In this document: piece after piece, positions 1 to 13,230 of the stretch
How positions within the stretch are numbered: position 1 is the stretch's first letter
Layout of the letters: every line of letters begins with the position of its first letter
Source: Camelus dromedarius
Lineage: Eukaryota
Assembly: GCF_036321535.1 (NCBI RefSeq)
Contig: NC_087436.1
Span: 46,254,001 to 46,318,000 of the forward strand
Direction: 5' to 3'
DNA length: 64,000 nt
The notes under the pieces: generated by a model
The model's input: the letters and a program-made list of their open reading frames with translations, nothing else
Databases searched by the model: none
Told to the model about the DNA's origin: nothing
Made by a program: the position numbers and the translations under genes

Positions 1-190
1 GATGCTGGATTTTGTCAGATGCTTTTTCTGCGTCTATTGATGTGATCATAGGAATTTTCTTCCTTAGCCTGTTGATGTGATGGGCTACATTAATTGGTTT
101 TTGAATATTGAACCAGTCTTGTATAGCTGGAGTAAATCCCACTTGGTTGTGGCATATAATTATTTTTACACATTATAGTATTCAATTTCT
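1..190 (-). mobile_element. Old L1 ORF2-region fragment (continues beyond window start)
   Basis: Typical antisense L1 text: GATTTTGTCAGATGCTTTTTCTGCGTCTATTGATGTGATCATA...AAATCCCACTTGGTTGTGG. Confidence 0.8.
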
Positions 191-299
191 CTTTAGTATT
201 TACTCTGTTCTTTGTGATAAATTACTGAACCAAATCATACCAACAGAAAATGTAGCCTTTTTTTCATAGTAGTCTTGTGTTAAATTAGTACTGAGTACA

Positions 300-1130
300 G
301 ATAGGATTTAGAAACTGATTGTGGTCGGTGAGGAAGAGGAAGTAATTAAAGATCACTCTAAATTGTTGAGATTTGTTGAGTATATTAATGGAGAAGGAAA
401 AGACAAGAGGAGAAATATATACTCAAAAATATAATATTTTTGCAAAGTTATTAAAAAGTATTTATTTTTGTGGTTCTAGTGGTGTGGCCAGGAGGAGATA
501 TATATCAGGTAACTGAATACGCAGAAAACAAATTGAAGATAGAGGATTTTTGGAATTTTCTGTGTATTAATGACAGTTGAAGCAGTACAAGTGAATGATG
601 TTGTTAAGGGAGAGATGGAAAAGAGATGAAAGATTTGAAAAGGGAATACTTATACATAGAGAAATAGAGGAGTAACAAGAACCAACAAAGAGACTGAGAA
701 GATGCTTCTCAGAGGAGAGCCAAAATAATATAATATCATAGAAATAAAAGGAGGAATTGCAAGGACCAAGAGTTGTAATCAGCATTGAATGTGAAAGAAA
801 AGTTGAAAAGATGAGGACCAAGCAAAGAGCTATGTATTCGATAATTGTAAGTTCATTGATAGGATTTTTTCCCTCAAAGTATAAGGAGTGGAAGTTAGGA
901 TGCATAAGGTAAAATAGGGAGTGGAAGTAATGATTATAGACAACGCTTTCAGAAATGTTGACAGTGAAAAGAAGAGAGAAGAGAAGTTAACTGAAAGGCA
1001 TGGCAACACTGAAGGAGGTATCTCATCAGCAGTGAAGTTTTAGCATGTCTGATTGCTGGGTCAGAGGAGCCACTGGAGAGAGAGATTGAAGATTCAAGAT
1101 GGAAAAGGAATTTTAGATACAATGAGGTTA
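300..1130 (-). mobile_element. Degenerate L2 LINE fragment(s)
   Basis: Purine-rich, highly diverged sequence with L2-like motifs (GAGTGGAAGTTAG, GTTGACAGTGAAAAGAAGAGAGA, GATTGCTGGGTCAGAGG). Boundaries approximate. Confidence 0.55.
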
Positions 1131-1230
1131 CCATTTAATATATTGCTGCTTCAAAATTAGCCATCTATGTGATTGGTTACTGAATGATTTAGATGTCTTT
1201 TAGAAAGCTTTACACTTTAATATATAAACA

Positions 1231-1642
1231 TGTATATCAATTAGTTTAGGTGAGGTTGTTCTTCATAACCTGCAATACCCAAATCTCAGAGCTTGAAATC
1301 ACTAAGGTGCATTTCTTGCTGACACTCTGTGTATATCATGTAATAGGTCAGCTGGGGATTTTGCTGCAGTTCACTTTTACTCCAGGATCCCGGCTTATAG
1401 AGCAGCTCTCTTCCTGAGCATTGCTAGTCACTCTGGCAGAGGGAAAAGAGAATGGTAAATTAAACACTGGCTGTGTAAGCTTCCAACTGCAAGTGACTTT
1501 CAGTCACTTTCACTCTCATTTCATTGGTCAAATCAAGTCACAAGATCATGTTGTCTTCCCAGGGGTGGGAAGTACAATCTTAACACATGCCAGGAAGGAG
1601 ATCTAACCAGAGTATTCACAAACATCCCTTATGACTACCATA
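1231..1642 (-). mobile_element. MaLR solo LTR (MLT1J/K-like)
   Basis: CCCCAAATCTCAGAGCTTGAAA...TTTCTTGCT, CATTTCATTGGTCAAATCAAGTCACA; ends GACTACCATA (reverse of the TGTGGTAGTC start). Confidence 0.7.
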
Positions 1643-4600
1643 AGGAGTATACTGTGCATTACTATATTGAGTTAATGTTATCAAAAAGCTAACATTTATG
1701 TTCATTTCTGTAAAAAGTTGGGCAATGGACTTTTCTTCAGGAAAATAATCCTATATTACAACTTGCTTCTAAGGGGAAAATATGATTGAATTATAGCTCA
1801 TTTACAGTTACAATGTCATTTTCAGAAATGACATTCCAACTGTGTCCCAGAAGTACACAATATGGTGATAGAAACATGAAAGGAATGCATTGGATTTTTA
1901 CAAATTACCTAAAATTAAAGTTTGAAATAACTAACTAACTTTGTTAAATAAAATTAACATTTTTCTTAGTATTAGTTGACTAAAGACCCTTTTCATTCTT
2001 TAAAAATTCTAGATAATTCTTTTAAACAACAGCATGCTCTATAAAGGAAGAAAATAGATGAAACAAAGATGTGACCAAATTCTCAAGCTAATAGTTCAGC
2101 TCCTTTTAACTGTACAGTCACAGTTTAAAACATTCCCTATTATTCCAACAGGAAACATTTTCTTTGTACAAGTGACCATGCACATTTGGTTTAGCATAGA
2201 TTCAGTTCCCAATTGCAATTTATAAATGCTGTATGGGGAAGTGTTTAGTGTTCAAACAAGAGCTATGCTTTATTATCCTAGTTTCAAGTACCTGCATAAT
2301 CTCATGAATCTGACAGATTCTTCACAAATGTACTTATTAGAAGTCTTCAGGGAAGCATCCTAGACATTTGTAGCATTAATAAGGATTTAAATTGTAAACC
2401 ATTTTAAGTATGGGCAAGGCAGGTGTAGTAAGTTTATGGATTTTGAAACATTTTTCTCATCACAGCTGAAACAGATTTATCTGCAACACTTTGCTGTGTC
2501 TGTTAAAAAGTGAAGCTCCAGTGCCAGCATAGAATGCAATCAGGGTGTTTTTACTGTTGGGTGACATCCATTTCCTTAATGTCCTGTACAGTCTCTTTGT
2601 AGGACTTGATTATTCAGTGAGTTTTACCTGGCTATCAGTGAACTTAAGAGAGTAAAAGGAGTCTTTTGCTACAATATAAATAAAGTTCCTTTGGAGCATT
2701 TCAAAAGAATGAAATCAGATGTCAAGAAGCCTGCCAGAGAGATAAAACACAATGTGTTTTAAACATTGGTTTTCGCCTGACTAAGTGCATAGCGTTAATA
2801 TTACATATCAGTTGTGTGTGTGTGTGAGTAGGTAAAATCTGATGTGGTTAAAAAAGTAGACTTGACTTTTCAGGGAGCTGAGAAGAAATGAGTTATTTCT
2901 CAAAAGAGCCTTCCTGGCCAGTGTTGTGTTGGGTTAAAAAGTCTACAACAGAAGTAAGCATTGACTCGAGACCCACACTCATTTTTGAAACAACTGGAGA
3001 AAGATAAAATGGAAAAGGTTTAAAGTAAAAGCAAACAGTTAATGTAAAAGTACAAGGAAAAATTAATTTTAAGACATACATTCCAAGAAGAATTTAAAAA
3101 TCCTGTTATCAAGGATCAGAGCTTGTTTAAAATAGATTTTTATTAACGAGAAAATATGTTGCATGTGTCTAACACTGGGAACAAGTTAAAGTTTCATGCA
3201 CATTATGAATAATTTTAGTTAATACTAGAGTGGCATTCCACTGATACATGTTTATTTAATTTACTGAAATACAAAATATTTTGACAGAATGAGTAACTTA
3301 TTAATCTGTTGAATCAGTCACCTTGAACCTGTAGTAATAGTCAGCATATTGTCAGGTATTAAGTCTTAGAACTTATTAGTTGATGTTGAGCATTCTGAAT
3401 TAAGATGCTGGCCTGCATTTTAAATGGAATAAAGGTTGAGAAACAGCCTGTATAATATTGGTTTTATGAAAATAGGATACAGGCTTGTAGCTTTATGTGT
3501 TTCTCACGAATCCTTGCAAATTTTAATGTAAAGTTTTAAAATATTTCCATGTGACTTTAAATATTTAATATTTGAGCATATAGTTTTACTAAATATATGT
3601 GTTTGTAAGGATTTACTTATATTTGGTTAATAGATTTTAAATGGGCTATGAGTAATAAGAAATAGCAATGCTATCCATCTAAAAGTCTTTGTATTTTAAC
3701 ATTTTATGATAATCAGGTTAAAGACTAGCTTCTCTAAGATAACTCTGGCACTGATCAGTATTTGCACATTGATAAAAAATGTCTTAGCAATTTACTGATT
3801 TTCTGTTCTGCTTAGGAGAACCATAGCTTTCTTGTTAAATTTATTACAGAGGTAGTAGTTTTGATATATCAGATTTATAAGATGAAATACATTCGTCTGT
3901 TCTTAGTTCCTTATGTGCAGAAGAACGCTTTGAAATAGCTTCACTTTACCCATGAACTGCACAAAATTTTTATAAATAAAAGACTCCATATTTCTGAGGA
4001 CAAATTTAAAAAACCTCTTGAAAGATTAGAAATGGAGAATGCTGTCATATTCACAGTATAGAATCCCAGTGGAACTGTGAGTGAGGATATATGATTTGTG
4101 TCTGTGATTACAACTATATTTGAATATATTTGTATGCTAAATATGTATGTATAATATACATACACTTACACATACATATGTATATGTTATAGTAAATATA
4201 ATACTCATATGTTTACACATTCCTAACTATGAGAAAAATGTCTTTTTAAAATTTAAATAACTAAGATTAACTAGGCACCCATACTGTGTACATATCACTA
4301 AATGTTGCTTTGGACTTAAAGAAGAAAGAAGGCTGTCTGAGTTTCCCATAAGCATGGCAATAGTGATTTGCCAGAAGTCTCATCTCCCTGTAATGAAGGT
4401 ACATTATCTTTTCTCAAGCAGATCCCAGCAACCTGAGTACAATACATAGAGAACATCTTTGTATCAGGCATGGAGCATGAGTCCAAACCCATTACACTAG
4501 GAAAGATAAAACATTTACTCCTTGGTGGATTTTCCTTCACTGCTGTTGCTATTTTAGGGCCAGGACAGAGGGTAATACAGGGCTCTCTGTAAATATGAAA

Positions 4601-5172
4601 TTAAAAAGAAAGGCTGGAAGTCTCTATGCTGGGAGCCAAGTACACTATACCACATTCACTTCCTTTTAGGAATACCAGAAAATGAAAAACATATGGGATG
4701 ACTTGTTGAATTGATTTTTGTTCTGTGCTCTATTCTTGTTATGGATTCATCTTCAGAATCAAACATTCTGAGTGCTTCTTTGTGGATGCATGTGGGTTTG
4801 AAAATATCACAGCATATGGGACCCAGTTAAACACGAATTTCATTTGTTTTCCTTGGCTTCTGTATGTCATGATCTGTTCAATATGACAGTCTAGGAAACA
4901 GTAAATTTTAGCAAGGTCTTAGGGCTGAGTCATGAACTTCACTTTGGTCAGGATAAGAAGTCTGGTAATGAGAAGTGGACGGATGTTCTACTTGGTTCTT
5001 TCATTTATGCAATTCATATTAATGGGTTTTAGTTTCTCACTGTTGATTTTGGGACACCTAACTATATGTCCAGGCACATCCTACTACATGTTTTTACTCT
5101 TTGTGTAGTGCCTATTCTGTTGTATCAGATGAACAGAGGGTTCGGATCTAGTAAGATAAGTGTGCATAAATT

Positions 5173-5617
5173 TGTATCAGTTATTGTTACAATAATGCCA
5201 TGTAACAAGCAGCCAAACTATTTCAATGACATTAAACAAAAAGCATTTATTAAGTTCATACGTCTGTGGGTCACATGGAGATCTAGGAGATCTAGACTGG
5301 GCTCATCTGGGGCTGCTCTGCTCCACAAGTCTCTCTTCTCCTACTGGGACAGTGGGCTTCACCTGGCATGTTCTTCTTATGGCAATAGTAGAGTGTTAGG
5401 GGGCAAGCTCAATCATGCATGTGCACATCAGTGGTTTAAATGGTGGGGGGGGGGGTCTCATTATACCCACTAGTGGTCTATTGCTCAAAGAGTGTCACAT
5501 GGATAAATCCAGAGTCAGGGAGCAGAGAAGTATTTTCATTCTCTCTACTGGAGGAATTGAAAGTACATGGATATAGAGAGTGGTAAAGAATTGAGGCCCA
5601 CAATGCAGCCTACCACA
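5173..5617 (-). mobile_element. MaLR solo LTR (MLT1G/H-like)
   Basis: TGTATCAGTTATTG...ACAATAATGCCATGTAACAA...AAAAGCATTTATT; ends GCAGCCTACCACA. Confidence 0.75.
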
Positions 5618-6013
5618 AGGGTTATTGCTCATTGTCATACTCTTGATGAGAATGGAGCATACAGATAGAATGGATTAAAGGAATCAGAGTAAGAAGTTTA
5701 TAAAGTAATTCATCCCAATCTGTTGCTTGATTAGGTTTGTAATTGCCTGATTGTATAACTTTCTCCTCCTCTCACTCCTTCTGTATGCTCCATGGAGTAA
5801 TGATGACATCTTCTTTATTCATCACTTATGCTCAGGCTCTAGAATAGTTCTTGGCATGAAAGCTCAGTGTAAATTGTTGCAATGAATTAGTGAACTTTAC
5901 CTAAAGTTAGGCTTCTCCTAAAATCAGTTGGGATAAAAGAGTAATTGATATTTTAATTGAGATACAATTGATATATAATGTTATATTAGTTTTAGGTGTA
6001 CAAAATAATTAGA

Positions 6014-6022
6014 TAGAGAGAT

Positions 6023-6055
<33 letters not shown>
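6014..6055. repeat. (GA)n microsatellite within the L1 3' UTR
   Basis: Direct reading of the AG dinucleotide run. Confidence 0.9.
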
Positions 6056-6059
<4 letters not shown>

Positions 6060-6701
6060 AGTTTAGTTACCATTCATTACCACACCTCATTACAGATTGT
6101 TTTTCTTGTGGTGAAAACTCATAACATCTACTCTTTTAGCAACTTTTAAATATACAATACAGTGTTAACTATACTCACCATACAGTATATTACATCCCTA
6201 GAAATTATTTATAACTGTAAGTTTGTACTTTTTGTTGATATTCATCCATTTCAGCCACACTCTGCTTCTGGGAACTACAAATCTGTTCTCTGTATCTGTG
6301 AGTTTTTTTTTTTTTTTAAGAGTCCCTGTATAAGTGAGATCATAGAATCTTTGTCTTTCTTGATCTGATTTATTTCACTGAGCATAAGATGCCCTCAAGA
6401 TCCATCCATGTGTTCTCAAATGGCAGAATTTCCCTCTTTTTATGGCTGAATAATACTCCACTGTACAGGTATACCACATTTTCTTTATTCATTCATCAAT
6501 TGATGGATACTTAAGTTGTGTCCATGTCTTAGCTATTGTAAATAGTGCTGCAGTGAATATGGTGGTGCAGATATCTTTTTGAGATAGTAATTTGGTTTCC
6601 TTTGGGTAAATACCCAGAAGTGGAATTGCTGGATCATATAGTTTTATTTTTAATTTTTTGAGGAACTTTCGTAGTGTTTTCAATAGTGGCTTCCCCAAAT
6701 T

Positions 6702-6741
6702 TGTGTGTGTGTGTGTGTGCGTGTGCGCGTGTGTGTGTGTG
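6702..6741. repeat. (TG)n/(CG) compound microsatellite
   Basis: TGTGTGTGTGTGTGTGTGCGTGTGCGCGTGTGTGTGTGTG. Confidence 0.92.
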
Positions 6742-7999
6742 CATACTTTTGTTGCTTTTGCTTTTTGTGTCACATCTTAAAAATCATTGCCAAGACTTAT
6801 GTCAAGGAGCTTGTGGTCTATGTTTTCTTCTAGGAGTTTTACAGTTTCAGGTCTTACGTTCAAGTCTTTAATCCATTTTGTGTAGATTTTTGTGCATAGT
6901 ATAAGATAGGGGTCCAGTTTCAGTTTTCTTGTATTTGGCTGTCTAACATCATTTATTGAAGAGACTGTCCTTTCCTCATTGTATATTTTTGGCTCTTTTG
7001 CTGTAAATTAATTGACCATGTATGTGTGGGTTTATCTGGGGACTCTCTATTCTGTTCCACTGATATATGTGCCTATTTTCATGCCGATATCATAGCTTTG
7101 TAATATAGTTTGAAATCAGGAAGAGTGATTTCAGCTTTGTTCACATTTCTTAGGATTGCTTTGTCTATTCAGGGTCTTTTGTCGTTTCATACAAAATTTG
7201 GGATTGTTTGTTCTATTTCTTTGAAAAATGCCATTGGAATCTTTCTAGGGATTGCACTGAATCTCTAGATTGCTTTGGATAGTATGGACATTTTAACAAT
7301 ATTAATTCTTCCAATCTGTGAACATGGAATATCTTTCCATTCATTTGTCTCTTCATTAATTTCTTTCATCAATGTCTTATAGTTTTCAGAGTACAGATTT
7401 TTCACCTTGGTTAAATTTATTCTTAGGTATTTTACTCTTTTTGATGCAATTATAAATGGGATTTTTTTTAAATTTCCAGATTAATTGATTTGTAGGTTTT
7501 TATTGAGCACTTATGATATGTGATACACTGTGATTAGTGCTGTGTGGGTGTGACATTATAAAAAACTTATGTAAACTCTGGCCTTAAAAGAGATAAGATA
7601 CACGTGCAAATATCCATTTTTACATTGATTTTTGTCAAAACATTCTCTTTTTACTGTTCATGGAAATGTCTAGCAGGATGAGGAGTCATGGCTTTCCTGC
7701 TAGCAAAATTATTCTGTCTTGATCAAATATTTGAGATCTTGTCATTAAGGATTCTGATAATAAACTAACTAGATATAGCTGAAATACTTTAGCAGTTAGT
7801 TATTAGAACAAATTGCTCATTTGACACAAATAGTCTAATTTTTGAGGAAAGAGAAAGGTATTAATTAAAGATTATCTTCATTAATTAATATCTTTGTTCT
7901 TCAAGTACTTCCTCTCACCCTTTTCAGTGGTATCTCCCCGTAGATATAAAAAGGGATCAAGTTGATTTTATCTTAAGAAAGACTTTGATCTGACTTCTT

Positions 8000-9735
8000 A
8001 AAGCTACCATACCATCTGTCTTTTTTCCATTGTTAAATTTTTAAAAGGCATTTTATATACTTATAGGCTATTTCCAATTCCTTAGCTTCCAACTCCTTTT
8101 TTACCTTCCATATTCCAGACTATGAAGCCACTTCTGCCACTACTCCCTAAGGATCAAGTTCTTAATTCAAAGCTTTTTCTTAAGATGTGTCATCCTTTGC
8201 CTTTCTATAGTGGTGGCCACAAATTACTATCCCTTGGGCCTTTTTTCATTCTGCATATAAATTTATTAACCACTTATGTCTTCAATGCTATGCAGGCTTC
8301 TTGGAATAAACAGATGCATAGAACATAGTGCTTGGCATACAAGATTTGTATGAACAACTTGTTCATTGGAGAGTCACAACTTTATAGGAGTACCACCATA
8401 AAACTTTCAAAATGTTTCCAGTCACTGCCTTCAATCTTCAGCTAAATTTTCTTTTTCCATTTCTTAATAGTATCTTGAAAAGATGTAATTTTAGCTCTTT
8501 CCTGAGCTCTTCTGTTTCATTTGTCATTACCCAACTTACACATCTTGTTGGAATTCTCACTTTATATTTTTCAAACTGAATGATCATTTTTCCTCAAAGC
8601 ACCTTCTTCTAGTTTCCTAAATTTCTACTATTTCTTGTATTTTCTGGCCTCCTGAACTCACCTCTTGTCAGCTTTTACTCCTCTCCCTTTTTTCCTTCTG
8701 GTTGTTTCCCACAGATCTTAATTGGTCCATCCCCAAATCTCTCGCATCTGCTCTTCCTGCCAGCATTCATTTGCTAAGGCTGCCATAATAAAGAACCTCA
8801 GATTTCTTGGCTTAAGCAACAGAAATTTATTTTTTCACAATTCTGAGGGCTAGAAGTCTGAGATCAAGATGTCTTTAGGATTGGTGTCTTCTGAGACCTC
8901 TTTCCTTTGCTTGTAGATGGCCATCCTCTTCCTGGGTCTTCACATGTTCTTCCCTCTGTGTGTCTCAAAATTTTCTCCTATTATAAGATACCAGTCATAT
9001 TGGATTAGGGCCCACCCTAATGACCTCATTTTAACTGAATTTCCTCTTTAAAGACCCTATTTCCAAGTACAGTGACATTCTGAAGTATTGGGATTTAGGA
9101 CATCAACACATGATTTTGGGGAGCCATGCAACTCAACCCATAACACTGCCCATTCCTATTAATAAACCTTAAGTCAACTTATTTCTTCTTGGCTAGGCTT
9201 TTGCAAAGTTTATTTTACTACCCTCTTTACGCCCAATATTTCTGCCTTTATTCTTTTACCACTTTACTATACTTTATCCTTTGATTAATCTTTCTAAAGC
9301 AAAGATTTTTGTCATCAGTGACACCATGATCATTCTTCGCCTGACATATGTGGTTATCCACCATCTGGCCATGTCTGCTTTCCAGGTTTGGGTGCCACTG
9401 TTCCTCCACGTACCCTCTGTTCTAGTCAAGCTAAATTACCACTATGTCCCAGGCAGATTCTCTATTTCTCCTGGCTGTCCCTCTCTATTTCTAATCCTAC
9501 CCACCTTTTAAGAATCAGCTTAAATGGCTACTTAACATATGTAACTCTCCCTGTCGGAATTAATTCCTCTCTCATCACCATTCCCACTGCACTTAATTTC
9601 GTTTTTCTTAGAAAAGTTGCCACATTCTCCTTGGATTGTAGTCATTTATATGACTCTTCTCTTTGGTACCAGTGTGTAAATTCCTTAAGCACAGAGACTG
9701 AATCTTGTGTTTCCCCCAGTGCTTTCATATAGTTG
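8000..9735 (+). mobile_element. Fragmented L2 LINE hosting an MLT1 LTR
   Basis: Pyrimidine-rich L2-like sequence ending in an L2-like 3' end (TAAATTCCTTAAGCACAGAGACTGAATCTTG...CCCCAGTGCT). Boundaries approximate. Confidence 0.55.
8762..9145 (-). mobile_element. MaLR solo LTR (MLT1A-like)
   Basis: GGCTGCCATAATAAAG...GGCTTAAGCAACAGAAATTTATT...GGATTAGGGCCCACCCTAATGACCTCATTTTAAC...CCCATAACA. 5-bp TSD CTGCC (8757-8761, 9146-9150). Confidence 0.9.
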
Positions 9736-11107
9736 GTAGAATAGAAAGTCACACTTGGGGGTCCTCAGATACTTTTCCTGTCAACAATTTGGGGTGTATA
9801 TTTTTTTAAAGCTGAATATTACTGCATGTTGAAGTGCTTCTCATAGTTTTCATTGCTGTTAGCATTCAGTAAATGATTTAAACTGTAATTTTTTGGACAA
9901 TAAATATTGGTTTATTAACCCAAAATGTATGGAGACTCATAAGGCAGAAAGCATTCCCTGTGGAAATTAGAGGAGTACTCAAAGCCAAAGGTGGTTGGTC
10001 CCAGCAAGCAGCTCCAGGAACGTGGCCTCCTAAGCCCTCGATCTTTTTGAGCAGCTGCTGAGCTTTCTGTGTTTCGTGTGTCCCTTTCTTGTGGGTGACA
10101 AGTACCAAATCTCTAAGGCATGCAAGGGAATGAAAATGAGAGTTTGGGGTTCATGGCCTCAGCTGTTTGAATTTGTCACCCTGGTCAATGAACACAAATT
10201 CTCTTCTCCCTTTTGCATTGTCCTTTTTGGTTTCCCACAAGAATGTGTTTTCACCAACCTGATGGGCAAATGCATAATTTACTTCATCACTGAATTTATT
10301 GTGAAACCAATTGTTTTCCTAATGTGTGGAACCAATGCAAACAAAACCAAGGAGCATGGTTTGTGGCTTATTTAAAATACTGCTTTCTTTATATCATTCC
10401 CACAAGCTGCATGCTTTAGGATAGCGATCTGGTGTATATTAGCAACCTTGTAAGAAAACACTGAAGCAATTTGCTATCTTCTCTTAAAAATAACACGACT
10501 ATAGCCCAGGACGGTGATATGCTTTTTGCAACAGATGCAAAATGGTTTCAGAACTCATAAATTAAAGCCATTCTCCAAGTCTTATTTTGGATCACCATTT
10601 TGCTTCCTTATGTGAAACAGCAAATGAAAGATGGCTCTCTGCAGCTCTAAATGTCAGGTTTGATGTTGTGCCCAATTTTATTAGTAAGTATTAAAATCTA
10701 TAGGCTAATAAAAGGAAAAAGATATGGATTATAAAAGAGTAATGAAATTGCAAGATTTAGAATATTTAGTCTCTCCTAAATAACTAATCAATTTCTATTA
10801 TATCCATCTATTTCATATTTTCTTCAAAGAGACATTGAACCAGCTGCTCAGATAATTTCAGGCCTATAAAAACTAAATTATGTAAAAAATTTTCATTGTA
10901 CCCAATCATATCATTAAGTTTGCTAATAACACACGTGAATTTCTCTTAAACACTGACCGACCTGCTATCCTACTTATGACTTCAGTCTCTCACCTGCTTC
11001 AGCCAAAGTTGCATTGTTAATGTTCCAGAGAGAATCAGGTGATCTCCACATTGGAATTGCCTAGATCTTAAGAGTGTGGATATATATTTGGGCTGTATGT
11101 GTGTATC

Positions 11108-11180
11108 TGCCTTCTGCCCCTTCCTTCCTTCCTACCTTCTTTCCTTCCTTCCTCCCTTTCTCCTCCCTCTCTCCCTTCTC
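11108..11180. repeat. (CCTT)n / CT-rich simple repeat
   Basis: Near-pure pyrimidine tract CCTTCCTTCCTTCCTACCTTCTTTCCTTCCTTCCTCCC... Confidence 0.85.
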
Positions 11181-11609
11181 TATTTGAATGCTTAGTGAAT
11201 ATTTTCCTTCTTCTTGTGATTGAAATATTTGTCAGTATGTTTTTTAGCATTGGTCTCTTTCCATAGATTTTCCTGGAAATGTGGTGCGCCCATTCATTTG
11301 AATATCTGTGATTTGTTTCAGTCTAAGAAAGTTTTTCTTTGATTTGTCTTTTATTATTGTTTCCATTCCAGCTGCTTTGATGAAATACCGCAATAATTGG
11401 ATGTCTCTCCATTCTTTCGTCTACAAACATGTCATCTTCTCTCTCATTTTTTTCTTTGCTTATTTTCTTCTGTATTAATAGAGAACATCTGAAATTTCTC
11501 TTTCATATCACTGATTATAGTTTATGAAGTGTAAATTTTTCTCTTTATTGCCTTTATGCTCAATTTATTTTATTCCTGCTTTGTTAGTTTTTTAACATGG
11601 AATTTTGAA

Positions 11610-13230
11610 ATACCACTTATTAAAACAATACCACAAATAAAATGAAAGACAAAGGACAGATATTTGGTGGGAGAAAAAAAATCCCATCAATATTAAGGTT
11701 TTTAAACTTAATCTGAAAAAGCTCTTTTAACTGAAAAGAATATCAACACCTGTTTTAAAAAGCCTACAGTCTTTCCCTCCTGTGTTTTTCTCCTGTGTGT
11801 CTCCTTTACTATCACACAGAAAATTTCACTTTTGACCCTTCTGGTCACCAAATGGGTGGGGGTTTTCCTCACACACCACCCAGTAATTCTCTGCAACACT
11901 AGCTGATTGTCCTACAAATTAACCCCATTCTGATCTTAACTACCTGGAGATAGTGTCAGATCCCACAGGCTAAGGGCTCAGTCTTCTGAGACTGTACCTC
12001 CTTCAGATGCCAGTCATGAGTCCAGATTGTCACCTGTGCTTCAGTGCTTCTGATCAGCTGTAAATCTGAGGTTCCCTAGACCCCCTCTTTAGGTTTGATT
12101 AATTTGCTAGAGCAGCTCAGAGAACTCAGGGAAACACGTGTGTTTACCAGTTTATTAAAGGATAGGATAAAGGATACAGATGAACAGCCAGATGAATAGG
12201 GCATAGGTCTGGGAGAGTCCTGAACGTAGCTTCTGTCCTGAAGCATTACCCTCCTGGTATGTGGATATGCTTACCAATCTGGAGGCTCTCTGAACCCCAT
12301 GCTATTGGGATTTTTATGGAGGCTTCATCACATAGGTATGATCAATAATTAACTCAATTTTCAGTCCTCCCTTCTCAAGAGAACAGGGGGCAAGGCTGAA
12401 AATTCCAAGCTCCTAATCAAGCTTGTTCTTTCCAGTGACCAGCTCCTGTCCAGGAGCCCACCCAGCGTTGCCTCATTAGAACAAAAGACACTCCAAACAA
12501 CCAGGAAACTGCAAGTGTTTCAGGAGCCCTGTGTCAGGAACTGGGGTCAAAGAACAACCTATGAGAACAAAAGTTGCTTCTGATACCCTTATCACTTAGG
12601 ATATCACAAAGATTTTAGGGGTCTGTGCCATGAACTGGGGGCAGAGACCAATGAATTTTTTTTCTGTATTTTTCACAACACTCTTAGGGAAAAACTAGCA
12701 GAGGCAATTGCAAGCAATTAACAGAAGATGACAAATAGACAAATTCAGCACAAGTGCCCAACCTAATTAGTGAACATTTTTATCCAACATAATACTTTTA
12801 AATATGAAAATTTAAGATTGAAAAGTAGATACAAGACTGAAGTAGATTTGGTAAATGGATAACCACAAATCTTGCTGATAGAAGAGCAAACTGCAATAAA
12901 CTTCCTGAAATCAATTTGTTAATATGTGTCAAGAAACTTAAAAAGGCAAAAAAATCCATTGATTCAGCAATCTTACTTGTGGAAATTTATCTTAAAGAAA
13001 TAATCAAAAATCTTATGAAAATTGTAAGTACAAGGGATGCTCAATATGCTTTAAAATTGGAAAATAAAAAAACCCTAAATATCCAACAGTAAGAGAATCA
13101 TACATGATAGAACACATACATGGTGTAATATTATACATCTTTTAAGAAACCTGTTTTGAAAGAGAATTTATTGATGTGGGAGAAACATTCATTTAATGTT
13201 AACTGAAAAAAAGAATAAAAGTTGTGTGTG
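11610..13230 (+). mobile_element. Old L1 (L1ME-like) ORF2/3' fragment, split by a MER21-like LTR
   Basis: L1-like text on both sides of the LTR (GATTCAGCAATCTTACTTGTGGAAATTTATCTTAAAGAAATAAT, AAACCCTAAATATCCAACAGTAAGAGAAT). Confidence 0.65.
11751..12677 (-). mobile_element. MER21-like solo LTR (ERVL)
   Basis: TACCTGGAGATAGTGTCAGATCCCACAGGCTAAGGGCTCAGTC, GATTAATTTGCTAGAGCAGCTCAGAGAACTCAGGGAAACA. TG...CA ends with TSD ACACC/ACACT. Confidence 0.88.

Larger units (their letters stand above)
5950..7475 (-). mobile_element. L1 (L1MA-type) 3' part with ORF2 C-terminal remnant and internal deletion
   Basis: Minus ORF 6489..6773 contains KKLKIKLYDPAIPLLGIYPKE...ICTTIFTAALFTIAKTW..YPSIDE, the L1 ORF2 C-terminus. 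3'UTR at 5950-6480. Further ORF2 antisense text at 6745-7475. Confidence 0.95.

Noticed and set aside
5066..5473. 135-aa ORF
   Set aside because: It lies mostly in an MLT1 LTR and resembles no protein family I recognise.
6489..6773. 94-aa ORF with THTH repeat
   Set aside because: It is an L1 ORF2 remnant read through a (CA)n microsatellite, not a host gene.
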